A stretch of 63,991 nucleotides of DNA, the filler included, from Octopus bimaculoides (Eukaryota), in assembly GCF_001194135.2 (NCBI RefSeq). It is 4 parts of 4 records of this genome, joined end to end, with 100 filler letters (N's around TTAATTAATTAA, not from the genome) between each part and the next. Parts side by side here need not be neighbours in the genome. Positions count along the whole stretch, not along the records: positions 1 to 19,693 come from NC_068986.1; positions 19,794 to 43,048 come from NC_068996.1; 2 more parts are not named here. One strand, 5' to 3'. The position numbers and the translations under genes are program-made. The notes under the pieces are model-generated. The model had not been told where the DNA came from. It saw only the letters and a list, made by a program, of their open reading frames with translations, and searched no databases. Shown here in pieces: positions 11,991 through 25,615 of the stretch (positions are counted from its first letter, which is position 1; every line of letters starts with the position of its first letter).

Positions 11991-13132
11991 ACAGAGCATC
12001 ATATATGTGAATGAAATTCTAACAGAAGTCACGACGATATCACAATACTATGGAGGTGTATTTAGACGCAGTGGACTACAATCACTGTGGAATGCAGTGT
12101 AACTTAATAGAGCACAATATAAAGCATCTAGCAAGTTAAGTGACCACCCACTCAGAGGCTTTCCTAACCCAGAGAAAATCATCTTGGCAGCATTGATACT
12201 TTATGAAATGGAGGCCTTACGCTATACGAAATGGAGGCTTTAAAAGCAGAAGTCAGCTCTGCATTAAACTAGATTCTTCTAAGTCAGCTTACTTGTCAAC
12301 CAATACAACCTCTGCCTACGGCGGCGATTTGCTTATATCCTGTTTACAGCTGAATGAACTGAAGCATTATATATTTAAAGGGGTTCCTTCCTTGACTCAC
12401 TCGGTGGTCTTGTTATTTGTGTTAGTGTTGTAGTTGTTTCTTTTAGAGTTATTAGTTATTAATATTGCTGCGTTGCCGTTAACATGAACGTCGTTCGTGC
12501 TTCAGTTGCGTGCAGCAGTTTTCCGTGCAGATGCTGTTGCGGTCGTCGTCGTTGTCATCGCTAACGATGAAATCAGAGATGTTATTGTTGTTGTTACTGG
12601 TGACGATGATGTTACTGTTGTTGTTGTTGTTGTTGCTGATGATGATGAGAAGGAGGAGGATGACGTAACTGCTATAACTGTTGCTGCTGCTGCTGCTGCT
12701 GTTTCTGGAGCTGTAGTGGTTGTGAGTGTTCTATTGCTGAACTTAAAACTTCCTTTTTAAAGCACGATCTATTTTGGATAACATTAACAAACAACAATCC
12801 ATGCAATATGAATGATAATCTGCAGAATTAAGGTAGTGGTGATGGGTAGGAGTTGGGTGTTTAAGGATTTAGGGAACGGTAGGGAGATGACTAAGAATAA
12901 TAGCTTAGAATCGATGAAGAATGCCAGCCAGGTAGAGCGTTCCATTAAAACTGTTCGATTAAAGAGAGGAACGCAATGCAATATCAATGATATGTTGGAA
13001 CATTTCCACTAAATGATATCACGCAAGAATTCGACTAAATTTCAAAGATAGAAGTAATAATAAAAGTAACAATGGAAAAAATACAAGAAAATGGAGATTT
13101 GTGGAATAGATGAGATGAAATACGATTCATGA

Positions 13133-13173
<41 letters not shown>

Positions 13174-13689
13174 TAGTGATGCTTCCATGGAGATTGTTAA
13201 AGCGAAGTTCAATGCTGGTTCCCAGTGAGGGAATTAAAACAAGAAGTGGGGGAGAAATCAATCAAATATTACGAAGAAATTTAACAGTTTGAGATGAAAT
13301 AAAGAAAAATTGTTTGACGTGAGACCTGTATGAGCATATACGTATATCCTTTAATTTATGAGGAATTGTAACGGATGTATGTTTTTTTTTCTGTGTGGTG
13401 GTGGAATTACTAAACAGAGCGACAGATAATCTAAAATAGAATATAACAATGTGAAAAATGGCGGAAAGGAGATATTCAAGCAGAGGATCAAAATAAAATC
13501 ATTGTGAGTCCTATATAAGGCAATATAATGTAATAGTTTAAGCGAAACGGTATGTTGCTATTTTAAATAATTGTTTAAATACAAACAAAATCCTTGTTTT
13601 GTATTTCACTTCTGTTACTTTTCTATTGGTGATGTGTTTGATACACGTGTGTGTGTGTCTATGAGTGTGTGTGTGTATGCATATTCATG

Positions 13690-13728
<39 letters not shown>

Positions 13729-13885
13729 CTGTATATGTATATATGTGTGTATATATGTATGTATTTGTATGTGTATATGTATATACGTGTGTGTATGTAT
13801 GTATATATATGTATGTATATGAATGTATATATATGTATGCATATATGTATATTATATAATATAGGTATATAGTCTCTGTGTGTGT

Positions 13886-13920
<35 letters not shown>

Positions 13921-14334
13921 TGCATCCATCCAAATACACAGATACACACACACACAGGTTTCCTGTCGTGTAATCCATACCGCTGTATCACTGCAATCGA
14001 TAAATACCTGGTTCAGTTCTTAATGGGGAGTCTGTTGCTTTGTTCCTGGAAAAATAAGTGCCTATATTGTTTTATATTAAAACTTTAACCGTAAAAGCGT
14101 GCACGCGAGCGCAAGCGAGTAGCGAGTGGTGTGCGTTTGCGTGTGTGTGTATGTCAGTGTGTGTGTGTGCGCGCGTCTGTGTGTGTGTGCGCGCGTGCAT
14201 GCGTGTGTGTGTGTGTGTGTATGTGTGGAGGCTAAATGGATTAATCGTTAGGCTGTCAGCTAGAATGTTTTGAGTATTCGTTCCGGCGCGACAAGAAACT
14301 TAGAGCAATTCGGAAGAAATTTCACAAGAGAGCC

Positions 14335-14642
14335 CGGATAATTCTGCCATCTCTAAGGTTCCCGGTGTACTAACGATTCTGCTCGCTCGCCGCCCTTTCC
14401 TTTTGTATAATAATCCTTTCTATTATAGACACAAGGGCTGAAGTTTTGGTGGGAGGGGACTAGTCGATTACATCGATCCCAGAATTTCACTGGTACTGAA
14501 TTTATCGGCCCCGAAAAGATGAAAAGCAAAGTCGACCTCGGTGGAATTTGAACTCAGAACGTAGCGACGAGCGGAATACAGCCTAACATTTCGTCCAGCG
14601 TGCTAACGACTCTGCCAGCTCACCGTCGTTTTCGTCTTCTTT

Positions 14643-14719
<77 letters not shown>

Positions 14720-15055
14720 CTAAATATTTCTTTTACAGTCACAAGTCCTGAAATTTTGGCGTGGGGCTAGTAGATTACATCGACTGGCACTTATCGAACT
14801 CCAAAATTATGAAAATTTGACCCCAGTGAAATATGAACTCAAAATGTAATGAATCGGAAGAAATACCACNNNNNNNNNNNNNNNNNNNNNNNNNNNNNNN
14901 NNNNNNNNNNNNNNNNNNNNNNNNNNNNNNNNNNNNNNNNNNNNNNNNNNNNNNNNNNNNNNNNNNNNNNNNNNNNNNNNNNNNNNNTATCAACCTCTGA
15001 AAGGATGAGAGGTATAGTCGACCTCAGCGGAATTTGAACTCAGAACGTAGCATGG
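14335..15055 (-). mobile_element. Cluster of about four same-orientation family Z SINE copies/fragments
   Basis: Repeated GTCGACCTCGG(C/T)GGAATTTGAACTCAGAACGTAG and GATTACATCGA motifs, separated by (AAT)n/(AAC)n. Confidence 0.8.
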
Positions 15056-15067
15056 CTAGCACACACA

Positions 15068-15115
<48 letters not shown>

Positions 15116-15580
15116 CGTATAACTTCGACCAACACCCATGTATTCAAGACAACGAGATCAGTGGCAAAGATGACGTGTACTGAAGTGGCGTGGGGAATGC
15201 TGTTTTGAGGTGGCTAGGTGTCTGGTATTTAGCTAAGTCAGAGGTTGTTAAAGACATTTGAGATGTGACAACGGCATCATTTCATACAACCAGTCGGGGT
15301 GACATGCTTTCACGACTGTTATCCATTTATTTCTTTACTGCCAACGGAAAACATCGTTTATCATGTTTCTTCTCACCAGAATCTTCTCACTTCTCGCTGT
15401 ATACACCGAACTGTCAACACTAAATGACCAGAGATAATGTAATCCGCTTTTCCAACCTTATATTTACTTATCGCCGTCTCTTTCACATGTTTTAACAATA
15501 TTTCGTCGATGTATGCGTTAGCGTCTGTGTTTGTTTGTCCGTGTAAATGTATTTGCGCACCCATGAGTAAGCGTGTTCAT

Positions 15581-15638
<58 letters not shown>

Positions 15639-15771
15639 GTGTACGTGTGTGTTTGTGTATGTCTGTGTATGTTTGTGTATGTCTGTTTGTGTGAATGTGT
15701 GTGTGTGTATTTTTCTGTGTTCGTATGTATATGTGTGCGTGTGTGTTTGCGTCCGTGTGTTTTTCTGTTTG

Positions 15772-15806
<35 letters not shown>

Positions 15807-15873
15807 GCATATCCGTNNNNNNNNNNNNNNNNNNNNNNNNNNNNNNNNNNNNNNNNNNNNNNNNNNNNNNNNN

Positions 15874-15932
<59 letters not shown>

Positions 15933-16127
15933 TTGTGTATTTTCAGTAAGCATATTTAGTTATGAGGCGAGTTACATGAAACGTAAAGTAAATTTTGAAG
16001 AACTAGTTATCTCAAGTGCCCGCACACGTGACTATATATGTAGGTGTGCGTACATTTACGTTTACATGTGTGTGAATAAATGAATATATGTGTGTGCTTA
16101 ACAATACTCGTGGTATGCATATACACC

Positions 16128-16165
<38 letters not shown>

Positions 16166-16582
16166 CGTGTATGTGTATGCATGTCTGTGTGTCTGTATGT
16201 ATGTATGTATGTACGTATGTATGTATATGTATCTATGTATAGTACTTATTTCCAGTACATGTATTTACTCAGTAATTCTACAAATTAACTAAAAAAAGGA
16301 AGGCAAAAGCTTCGAAGAGAGAATTTCTACAAACATTTAATAATTTATAATTTCATGAAATTATGAAATAATTTCATGTCGATGTCCGTCTCCATGAAAA
16401 ATCCTCAGAAGGGGTTAGCTGATGGACCGAATCCCTCTCATGTCGGTTTTATCAGCCGTTGTTGTTCGGAGTTATGTTGACCTACGATTTGTTTTGCTGT
16501 TTAGTACAATGTCAGACATGACTGAGCTGAGCTATGGTACGGTACTCAAACCATGAACAAGCCTTAATTGAGCGGGGAGGGA

Positions 16583-16682
16583 AGGCGATGAGCTGGCAGA
16601 ATCGTTAGCACGCCGAGCGAAATGCTTAGCGGTATTTCGTCTGCCGTCACGTTTTGAGTTCAAATTCCGCTGAAGTCGACTG
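16583..16682 (+). mobile_element. Family Z SINE 5' part
   Basis: GGCGATGAGCTGGCAGAATCGTTAGCACGCCG...GAGTTCAAATTCCGC. Confidence 0.8.
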
Positions 16683-16689
16683 AGGAATA

Positions 16690-16880
16690 TTTAACGGAAA
16701 CATCTTTAAATGATGGTCTGACTGACCGCCTGCTAAGCATAAGGGAAGCATTAATTGAAGTAGATGGTGAATATGCTCCGGAATAATCATGTAAAGATGT
16801 TTTTGTTACATGTTGTTATTGTTAATGTTGAAAAAAAATTGTTGAAAAAAAGCCGCAATAATTATGCACCAACCCAATAC
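16690..16880 (+). mobile_element. Mariner 3' end (transposase C-terminus + TIR)
   Basis: Translates ...DRLLSIREALIEVDGEYAPE*; ends AAAAGCCGCAATAATTATGCACCAACCCAATA, resembling the reverse complement of an Hsmar1/MADE1-type TIR. Confidence 0.6.
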
Positions 16881-17142
16881 ATTGTTACCTCATACAATAG
16901 CATAGAACAAGTTTATGCATCTCATTCTAATTTTGTGTAATGCATTAAACCTATCAAGGGAGATAATTCTTTTGACTTTTTTTAACAAGCGCGTGTTTTT
17001 TATGAATTAATCGATTGTTTTACTATCATAATTTGTATATTTCCCCTCTTGGTATTGAGGAAAAGTTGAACTGGTTAGTCATTTGAAATCTTAAGGGAAA
17101 TCACTAAAGTAGTTGACTATTATGTAACATTTATCTAAAACA

Positions 17143-17535
17143 CAGTAGAAACCCGCAGTACGAGTGCACTATTGTACGAGTAATTCACTATACGAGCCGA
17201 GACTCGTACGAACTTTTGTCTTGAAGTACGAACGGAAATCCGCAGTACGAGCACACAAATCGTCCCATCTTTAAGGTAATTCAGTTAATAAAACCAGTTT
17301 ACATATTTCTTTTGCATTCTCTTTTTTTTTCTTTATAATTCTCATTTTACTTGTAACTACACCTTTTTTGTATTAAAACCCATAAAAACTATTTTTGAGT
17401 GGTTTTGTGGGGGGCTGGAACGGATTAATTATATTTTAGTTAATTTCAATGGGGAAAATTAATTTGTAAAACGAGTAAATCGTAAGACGAGCTCGGTCAT
17501 GGAACAAATTAAACTCGTACTGCGAAGTATCACTG
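17143..17535. mobile_element. Tigger/pogo-type MITE
   Basis: 22-bp TIRs CAGTAGAAACCCGCAGTACGAG / CTCGTACTGCGAAGTATCACTG, with TA on the right side and internal GTACGAG repeats. Confidence 0.85.
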
Positions 17536-18029
17536 TATATAACTAAAATTCTCGTCATTTATAACAGTAGGACTATGTTACTTTGATACTATTTATTGCT
17601 TAATATTGCTTTTAACTGAAAGCTCGAAAAAAATTTAAAGATGTTATTGCTAAGAATATGGCAAAAGAGAGTCCAAAACCCAGCCTTCGATGTCTGGTAT
17701 TTTTAAAGAAAAATATAAAGTGAAGAATTTTTGCTAACACATGTTTTGTAAAACAAATAATATCAAAGGTGACCTAGGTTAGATTTTTATAGATTTATAT
17801 GATAGGCCAGTGTCATAGAGTTTAGGTCAAAAACCGTCGCTTTACTCTGGGAGTGTCCTGTTTATGGTTTTTATTCCAGTTTCACTTCGCCTAGTTTGTG
17901 TACTTGTTTGACGTCACACGATTTCCTTTTCGTTCTTCTGTAATTCTTAAACACCGCACCTCTGTCATAAACTAATATAAAAGTGTTGAAGTGAATTGCA
18001 TCAAAGTCCAACCAGAGACTTGGACTTGG

Positions 18030-18170
18030 TGTCCACTATAGTGTGATTAAGACATGCGTTTTTCAAACCCGTGGTTCCGAGCTCGATCCATCGACACTGC
18101 ACTTTTGGGCAAGTGTCTTCTGCCGTAATATCGAATCGACCTAAGATTTGTGAGTGAAATTACATACAAA
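18030..18170 (+). mobile_element. Degenerate SINE (family W)
   Basis: TTGGGCAAGTGTCTTCT...TTTGTGAGTGAAATT, homologous to the 42773 and 52118 copies. Confidence 0.55.
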
Positions 18171-19793
18171 GGAATGTTTTTAGGTGATACACTTAATTTA
18201 TCCCTCCGTTTAAAACCATCACCACCACCACCTAACCACTGGGAACACTAGAATAGTTGGAAGGAATCGAGCCATGTTTCCAGTCTAAAGAAACCCTTGG
18301 ATCACGGTTTGTCCTCACCCCCAACTTCCACCAGTCTCGAAGACCCAGTAAAAAAACATGAACACCACCCTTCTTGTTCTAAATTAAGCCACAACAAAAA
18401 ATCCCATCCGGTTCAAAACGACTAAATGCCAGTAATATACTAAGATCGATTCAATAAACTTTTCCATTTTCCCAACTGGAATTGTTCAAAGTCAAAGGAA
18501 ATCAATATTTGAATCAGAATAGTCTGGTTTCCTATCTACAACAGAAATTTATTAGATCTATTGATAGATTACTAGAACCTTTTATGACCAGTAGAAACCT
18601 ATGTTATCACATTCAGTAATAAACCAGAATGTATGCTGGTGATTTAGCCCGGGCGATCGTGCTAATTGTTGTCAAGAGTCGATGATATGTAACTTATGCG
18701 TAGTGAACATGTGGATTCATAATCTAATTTAGAAATTTAACACATGCCTTCATATACGGTGTTCAAATCCCGCTGAGGTTTACTGTGAATTTTATCCCAC
18801 CACGTTCGATAAACTAATTGAAGTCATGTCACAGAATTATAAGGAAAAAGTGACAGACACACACCACTCCTCCACAGTACCACTACCACCACTCCATTCA
18901 ATTTTCTATCAATTTGGATTTCGATTTCAGTTTGTTCAGATTTAATCATCAATGCTAATGTTTTCTTCTCTCCACAGCAGGTGAAATTTAAATCATTTAA
19001 ATATTTGGGGGTTTCACTGCAGTACGTACATTAGCCCCCTACTTAACTACGCATTTTACATGCAAAAGGCGTCCCTGAGTAATTTTCCTTGGTCATCTCT
19101 TTAAGTCGTTACGTTTGTCGATAGTCTTTAATTCACTCAAAATTTTTGTATCTGTCATTTCGGATTTGGCAAGAAGTGGCAGCATTACACTTCGCTGAGG
19201 AAGACTAATAAGACCAAAACATGTCCGAATTTATCTCCTTTACTTGTCGAAGACACATCTCATTGTATTCCGTCATTGAGCATATAATAACTTTCATTTG
19301 TTTCCTCTCGGCTATTACTTCCCCACCACCATCGCCACCAATGCTGTCGCCGCCACCACCGCCACAGTTAATGATTTCGCCTAATGATTTTGTTTCGTCA
19401 TTTCAGGTGTAAATTTAATTAATTAAAACATCTTATGACTCACGACGTTAAATGTATATTAATCCACACTAAACTATGGAGTTAAACATGGGGTAGCGAC
19501 AGGTGAAAGATAAAATACAATATACAATAAACAAGTGACAGGAGAGAGCGAGAGAGAGGGGGGCAGGCAGGCAGGCAGTCAGACAGACAGACAGAGACAG
19601 GAAGGCAGACAGACAGACAAAGACAGACAGGTAGGCAGGCAGGCAACAGGCAGCAGGCAGACAGACAGACGGACAGAGACAGGCAGACAGGCANNNNNNN
19701 NNNNNNNNNNNNNNNNNNNNNNNNNNNNNNNNNNNNNTTAATTAATTAANNNNNNNNNNNNNNNNNNNNNNNNNNNNNNNNNNNNNNNNNNNN

Positions 19794-19840
<47 letters not shown>

Positions 19841-20429
19841 TGTATATAAATATGTACATGTATATACATATACATATATACATATATATATTAGATAGTA
19901 AAAGCAGGAAAAATTATATCATAAAAATCACAGTAGAGATATGTCCATAATATAAACAATATTGTATTAATAAATAAATATATAAAGTATAACTATGATC
20001 ATTTAAATCGATTTGAGATTTCTTACGATCACCTTTCGAAATGAAATCCAAAATTGATAACCATTATGAGGAAGTATATCCACTTGTCAGAGATTTCAGT
20101 GTAGTAAATCAAATGACAGAGATGCTATTTAAACTTGAACCTGTACTCTTCCAATATATAACTAATCGATTTTAAATATAATACTTTAAGTATAATACAT
20201 TAATTTACTCTGTATTAGGTCAGTACATATTTGTCATATTTGCATTTGCATAAAATATAATAATGATCTTCCAGTTTTGTATATATAACTATAAAGCAAC
20301 AATTAATCACTTTTATTCTTTACACTTATGGATTGCATACTGAGAGTAGTAAACGTTTTTGTGTGTTATTACAAGGTTAGTAAAGTTAATTAATTGTGTT
20401 ATACTTAATTGTTGTGTCGTTTGACACTT

Positions 20430-22035
20430 GTTTTTGCTGCCTCATGGCAGTTGTGTTGACCTGTTTCTCCTTGATTGAAGAGGGTAGCAAAGTGTCTTAA
20501 AAAAAAATAAGATGGAATATGAAAGGTTGAGTTCGTCTGAGGACAAATTATTCCAAGCAATTGTTGAGATAGACAAGAAGGGGGAAAGAAGAATGAATTT
20601 TGTATTGGTGACCAAAAGCCACAACAAAGAAGTAAACATAGAGGAGCTGGACAACTACAAGAATATGCTTTATAGGGAGGGGCACAACGTAAAGGTGTCC
20701 CCTCCCCAAGAAATATTGCAGGTGGCCAAGAGCAGAATGATAACCTACAGAACTTATTCTGTCAAGGCCCAGAGAATAGAACTAATGACGAATGGGGTAA
20801 ATTGAAAAGGTACTAAAACCTATCTGGCAGGAAATTTCCCACCTGGCCAGAGGGAGAAAATTCAGAATGGTGGAGGTGCAGTTCTGGGATGAAGCCGCAG
20901 CCAGGCAACCCCACTGAAAATGGATGAGGTAATTCTTTTACCCATATACCTTGGAAAGCATGCTTCCTGGGTGAGGGTAGAAGATATACCCATGGAGATA
21001 AATGTGACCTGGCTAGTGGCAGCGATATTGCTGGGCATGGCGGATAAGATAGAGATCCTCCAAGCCACTAGCACTGCTCACAAGAATTGGCAGGGGCAGA
21101 TACTGGATATGGTGATTCAGGCAGTCCTGGAGGACCTCAAAAAGATGGTAGAAACCATAACAATTAACGATATAATGCTCAGGGTTAGAGTGAAGGGCAA
21201 GACACTTCATTGTTACAGATGTGGCCAAAAAGGCCACATTAGGGTAGAATGCCTTCCACCACCCTTAAAGCCTCAAGAAGCGCCATAAAGAAACCGTAAA
21301 AAAAACCACACTTTCATCAATGGCAAAGGTCTACAGAAGTACAGAGGAAGAAGGAGGAAGCACAATCAATGGGGAAATATTGGAAGAAGAGCAGAAAAAG
21401 GAGGAAAAAGATACAAACTGTGAATGAGGACCTCCATCCCACACCCACCCAACTCTCACTCGAACCCACTTTGTCCCACCCTTCTCTTGCAGGGACCAAA
21501 CCTCACCCTACCTCACCTAACATTAATAAAATGAATGCAAGCGTACAGGAGCCCCAAATTCCTCAGCCACCCACCCCCAACCCATGAAGGAGAAAGAGCA
21601 TAGTGCTTTACAATGTACAGAATGGCAAATTGTTAAAGAAGGTGAACAGTTGGACAAAGTGAATAAAAGTGGTCACTGCAGGCTGTAAAGAGGTGTCCCC
21701 ACACTATAAACGTGTAATAGTGGACACAATATATACAGTGGGACTGAAAGAATATGGAAGTAATGTGTTGCATTGGCAGAAAAGAACTGACACAAGGTAT
21801 CTGCCAATGGTGGTGACTCATAAAGATCTTATTAATGATTATAATGTAGACATTTTAAAAAGTTATAATAAGTGAAACAAGATAAATGAAGTTGCCCAGA
21901 TGTGGGGACGAGCAACTTCATTTCATTTTATCATCTCATTAATTAATTCAATCATTTTCATTCGTTTGTGTCCCCACTTTGTATGTCTTTGTGTTGTTTC
22001 TCTATATTCACCCCTCGTGGGTAATAAAAAATCAT
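20430..22035 (+). mobile_element. Decayed ORF1-only non-LTR retroelement (Tx1/L1-like ORF1p with CCHC zinc knuckle)
   Basis: A broken ORF at 20512-21875 includes RVRVKGKTLH-CYRCGQKGHIRVEC (CX2CX4HX4C) followed by an E/P-rich linker. No endonuclease or RT motifs; ends in a T-rich UTR and GGGTAATAAAAAAT. Confidence 0.7.
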
Positions 22036-23001
22036 GGATTACATACTGAAGAGAAAAGGAATTATGGGACTTTTATCTACACACAGCCATTACAGAATAT
22101 TACAAAGGATTTTACCATGGATTTATATTATTTTTTCAAAATTTTTAGTCCAAGTTTATACCAATAACTTTTTAAACAACACCTTTATCATACAATTTTA
22201 AATGGCATCTCTATCAGTCAATTGACTACACTGAAATTCATCCTTTTCTCTGACATGTGGATATACTTCCTAATAATGCTTATCAATTTTGGATTTCATT
22301 TTGAAAGGTAATACTTTCATGAAACAATTGTAAGATCTCTCAAATATTTTTAAATGATCATAGTTATACTTTATATATTTATTTATTAATACAATATTAT
22401 TTNNNNNNNNNNNNNNNNNNNNNNNNNNNNNNNNNNNNNNNNNNNNNNNNNNNNNNNNNNNNNNNNNNNNNNNNNNNNNNNNNNNNNNNNNNNNNNNNNN
22501 NNNNNNNNNNNNNNNNNNNNNNNNNNNNNNNNNNNNNNNNNNNNNNNNNNNNNNNNNNNNNNNNNNNNNNNNNNNNNNNNNNNNNNNNNNNNNNNNNNNN
22601 NNNNNNNNNNNNNNNNNNNNNNNNNNNNNNNNNNNNNNNNNNNNNNNNNNNNNNNNNNNNNNNNNNNNNNNNNNNNNNNNNNNNNNNNNNNNNNNNNNNN
22701 NNNNNNNNNNNNNNNNNNNNNNNNNNNNNNNNNNNNNNNNNNNNNNNNNNNNNNNNNNNNNNNNNNNNNNNNNNNNNNNNNNNNNNNNNNNNNNNNNNNN
22801 NNNNNNNNNNNNNNNNNNNNNNNNNNNNNNNNNNNNNNNNNNNNNNNNNNNNNNNNNNNNNTGGTGATGGTGGTGGTGGTGGTGGCGGTGGTGGTGGTGG
22901 CGGTGGTGGTGGTATTGATGACGATGATGACAATGACGATAACAACGACAACAACGACAATGATGACAATGATGATGGTGCTGCGATGACAATGATGATG
23001 A

Positions 23002-23033
<32 letters not shown>

Positions 23034-23574
23034 ATGATTACCATTGTCATCATCATCATCAGGAGAAAGAGGAGGAAAAAGATTGATGTGAAGGTCATAG
23101 TAATGGTGATGGCAATTTTCCTACGGAGGTCAAACCTAGGTCCCACCCAGGATGTTCAAAGCGTTTTCATTGCTCCCAGAGTCCACTGTTGCCAAACCTG
23201 TGTACCAGTAATGTTATGAACATTTTCAATATAAATCCAATCTCAGAAGAAAAGAAGAGTAAAAAGCTTTAAGAACAGATAACCTTTTACTGTTTTATGG
23301 TATCACTCAGACAGCATCATCCAAACAAGGCACCAAAGATACATCAATCAACCAAGTGTTCAAAAAGTGAATGGAATAACATCCTGTGGGTCAGTAGAGA
23401 TCTCTTCGAGAAGTACAGTACTCACTTTACGATGACCTATGAGAACTCAGATATGCAAGACCAACATGTCTCAGCAAAGATCGGGAAGAGAAACATTCTA
23501 TACATCAATAAAAGATATAGAAAAGAAAATTATTATGCATGGGTATGTCCCCTGTAAACTTGATGATGCAAAGG

Positions 23575-24400
23575 ATATTATTCCTTTCTGCTATAGGCTA
23601 AAGGCCTGAAATTTTGGAGGAGGGGCTAGTCAATTACTTTGACCCCAGTGTTCAACTGGTACTTAATTCATCAACCCCCAAAAGGATGAAAGACAAAGTC
23701 GACCTCAGCAGAATTTGAACTCAGAACATGAAGATGGATGAAATGCTGTTAAGCATTTTGTTTAGTGTGTTAACACTTCTGCCAGCATGCTTGCTGCCTT
23801 ATGATAATGATATTGGTTTCAATTTTCAGCAGCAGATCAGCAAGTTTGAGAGATGGGGTAAGTTAATTATATTGACCCAAGTGCTCAACTGGTATTTATT
23901 TCATCAACCCTGAAAGGGTGAAAGGCAACATCAACCTCTGCAGAACGTGAACTTACAGCATGAAGACAGACAAATTGCCGCTAAGCAATTTACCTGGTGT
24001 GCCTATGATTCTGCTAGCTCACCACCTTCATGTCAATATAATATTGATTTCAAATTTTGGTACAATGCTATCAATTCTGGGGAAGGGTATAAGTCAATAA
24101 TGTTGACCCTAGTGCTCAACTGGTACTTATTTTATCAACCCTGAAAGGGATCGATAAAGTCATGCTTATGAGTCTGCCAGCTCAACACTTTATGACAATG
24201 AAAATATTAGTTTCAGATTTTGGCATGAAGCCAGCAATTTTAGTGAACGAGGTAAGCTAACCAGCAATCGACTGCGACTTACTTTATTGACCCTGAAAGG
24301 ATGAAAAGCAAAATCAACCTCAGAGGAATTTGAACTCGAAATATAAAGACAGATGAAATGCTGTTGAGCATTTTGCCCAATATGGTAACATTCCTGCCAT
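23575..24400 (-). mobile_element. Four head-to-tail, CpG-decayed family Z SINE copies
   Basis: Repeated GACCC(C/T)AGTG(T/C)TCAACTGGTA...TCAACCC(C/T)...GAAAG motifs. Confidence 0.8.
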
Positions 24401-24831
24401 CTCGCCTCTCTTGAACTCAACGCCATCCCATCATACCTTACTCTGAGAACTTTGTTAAGAGTGCATATGTTTATGGAGTGCTCAGCCACTTGCACATTAA
24501 TTTCATGAGCAAGCTGTTCTATCGATTGGTTCAACTGAAACACTCATCATTGTAACCAATGAAGTGCCAGTTAAGGTACTATCTCCTAACAGGACAACAT
24601 TATTGCTAAATCAACATACAATATGGCTATGTAGGAAGAGCTATACTGATTTTGAGCACTTGCATATTCATCAGCACAAGTAATTTTGATGGAACATTCT
24701 TACTGAAGTTTCAATGAAATTTAAATATAAGAAGCCTGATATGGGATGCAAAAGAAAAACTATGAAGTTATAAAGGTCAGCAGTCCTGCTGATCAGATCA
24801 TTCCATCCAAAATTGGTGAATACAAGAATAC

Positions 24832-25266
24832 TTAACCATTTAGCAATTAAACTGGCCATATCCAGCCCAAATAGTCTACCTTTTTATGTTCAAATGGCCA
24901 AATCCAGCCTCTCAGACCTACCCTACAATGTCATTCAAAAAATAAACAATCACATCATCAAAATCCCAAAGTTACAAGATAATTCACGATTAATTCAAAA
25001 CAATGTGAATAAATAAGCATTGCATTTAACAGAGTAATCTGAATGCTAAAGGGTTAAGTCAGCCATATCTGGTCCAAATATTCTACCTGTTTTATGTTCA
25101 AACCAGCTTGATATGGCCTCTCACACTGACCTTACAATGTCATTCTAAAACTAAACAATCACATCATGGAAATCTCACAGCTATGAGATAATACATGATT
25201 GATTCAAAACAATGTGAATAAATAAGCATTACATTTAACAGAGTAATTTGAATGCTGAAGGGTTAA
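24832..25266. mobile_element. Two tandem piggyBac-type MITE copies
   Basis: TTAA-CC(A)TTTAGCA...TGCTAAAGGG-TTAA at 24832-25057, immediately followed by a second copy lacking its left tip and ending GGGTTAA at 25266. Confidence 0.8.
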
Positions 25267-25394
25267 TGGAACCATTATCCAGATTATAGACTGCATTTGT
25301 AATCTATAATTATTGGTACACTTGGCTTTGCTTCTAAAAGTCTGAGTATTAATCACAAAATACGGCACTTTATCACTTATAACAATAAGTGTTC

Positions 25395-25615
25395 AAGTTA
25401 ATCTGATGATCAGAACAGCCTGCTCGTAAAATCAGCATGCAAGTGGCTGAGTGTTCCACAGACATGCTCACCCTTAATGTAGTTCTCAGGGAGATTCAGT
25501 GTGACACAGAGTGTGACAAGGCTGGCCCTTTGAAATACAGGTACTACTCATTTTTGCCAGCTGAGTAGACTGGAGTGAGGTGAAATAAAGTGTCTTGCTC
25601 AAGGACACAACATAC
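25395..25615 (-). mobile_element. SINE (head Y + tail P), CpG-decayed
   Basis: Tail P motif GTGACACAGAGTGTGACAAGGC joined to the CORE-like CTCATTTTTGCCAGCTGAG...GTCTTGCTCAAGGACAC segment. Confidence 0.8.

Noticed and set aside
19738-19749. TTAATTAATTAA islands inside N runs (also 43093-43104 and 62307-62318)
   Set aside because: An identical 12-mer with stops in all six frames, centred in gaps: an artificial contig-join linker, not biology.
23297-23557. 86-aa plus-strand ORF
   Set aside because: No splice support or recognisable domain; possibly a decayed LINE.
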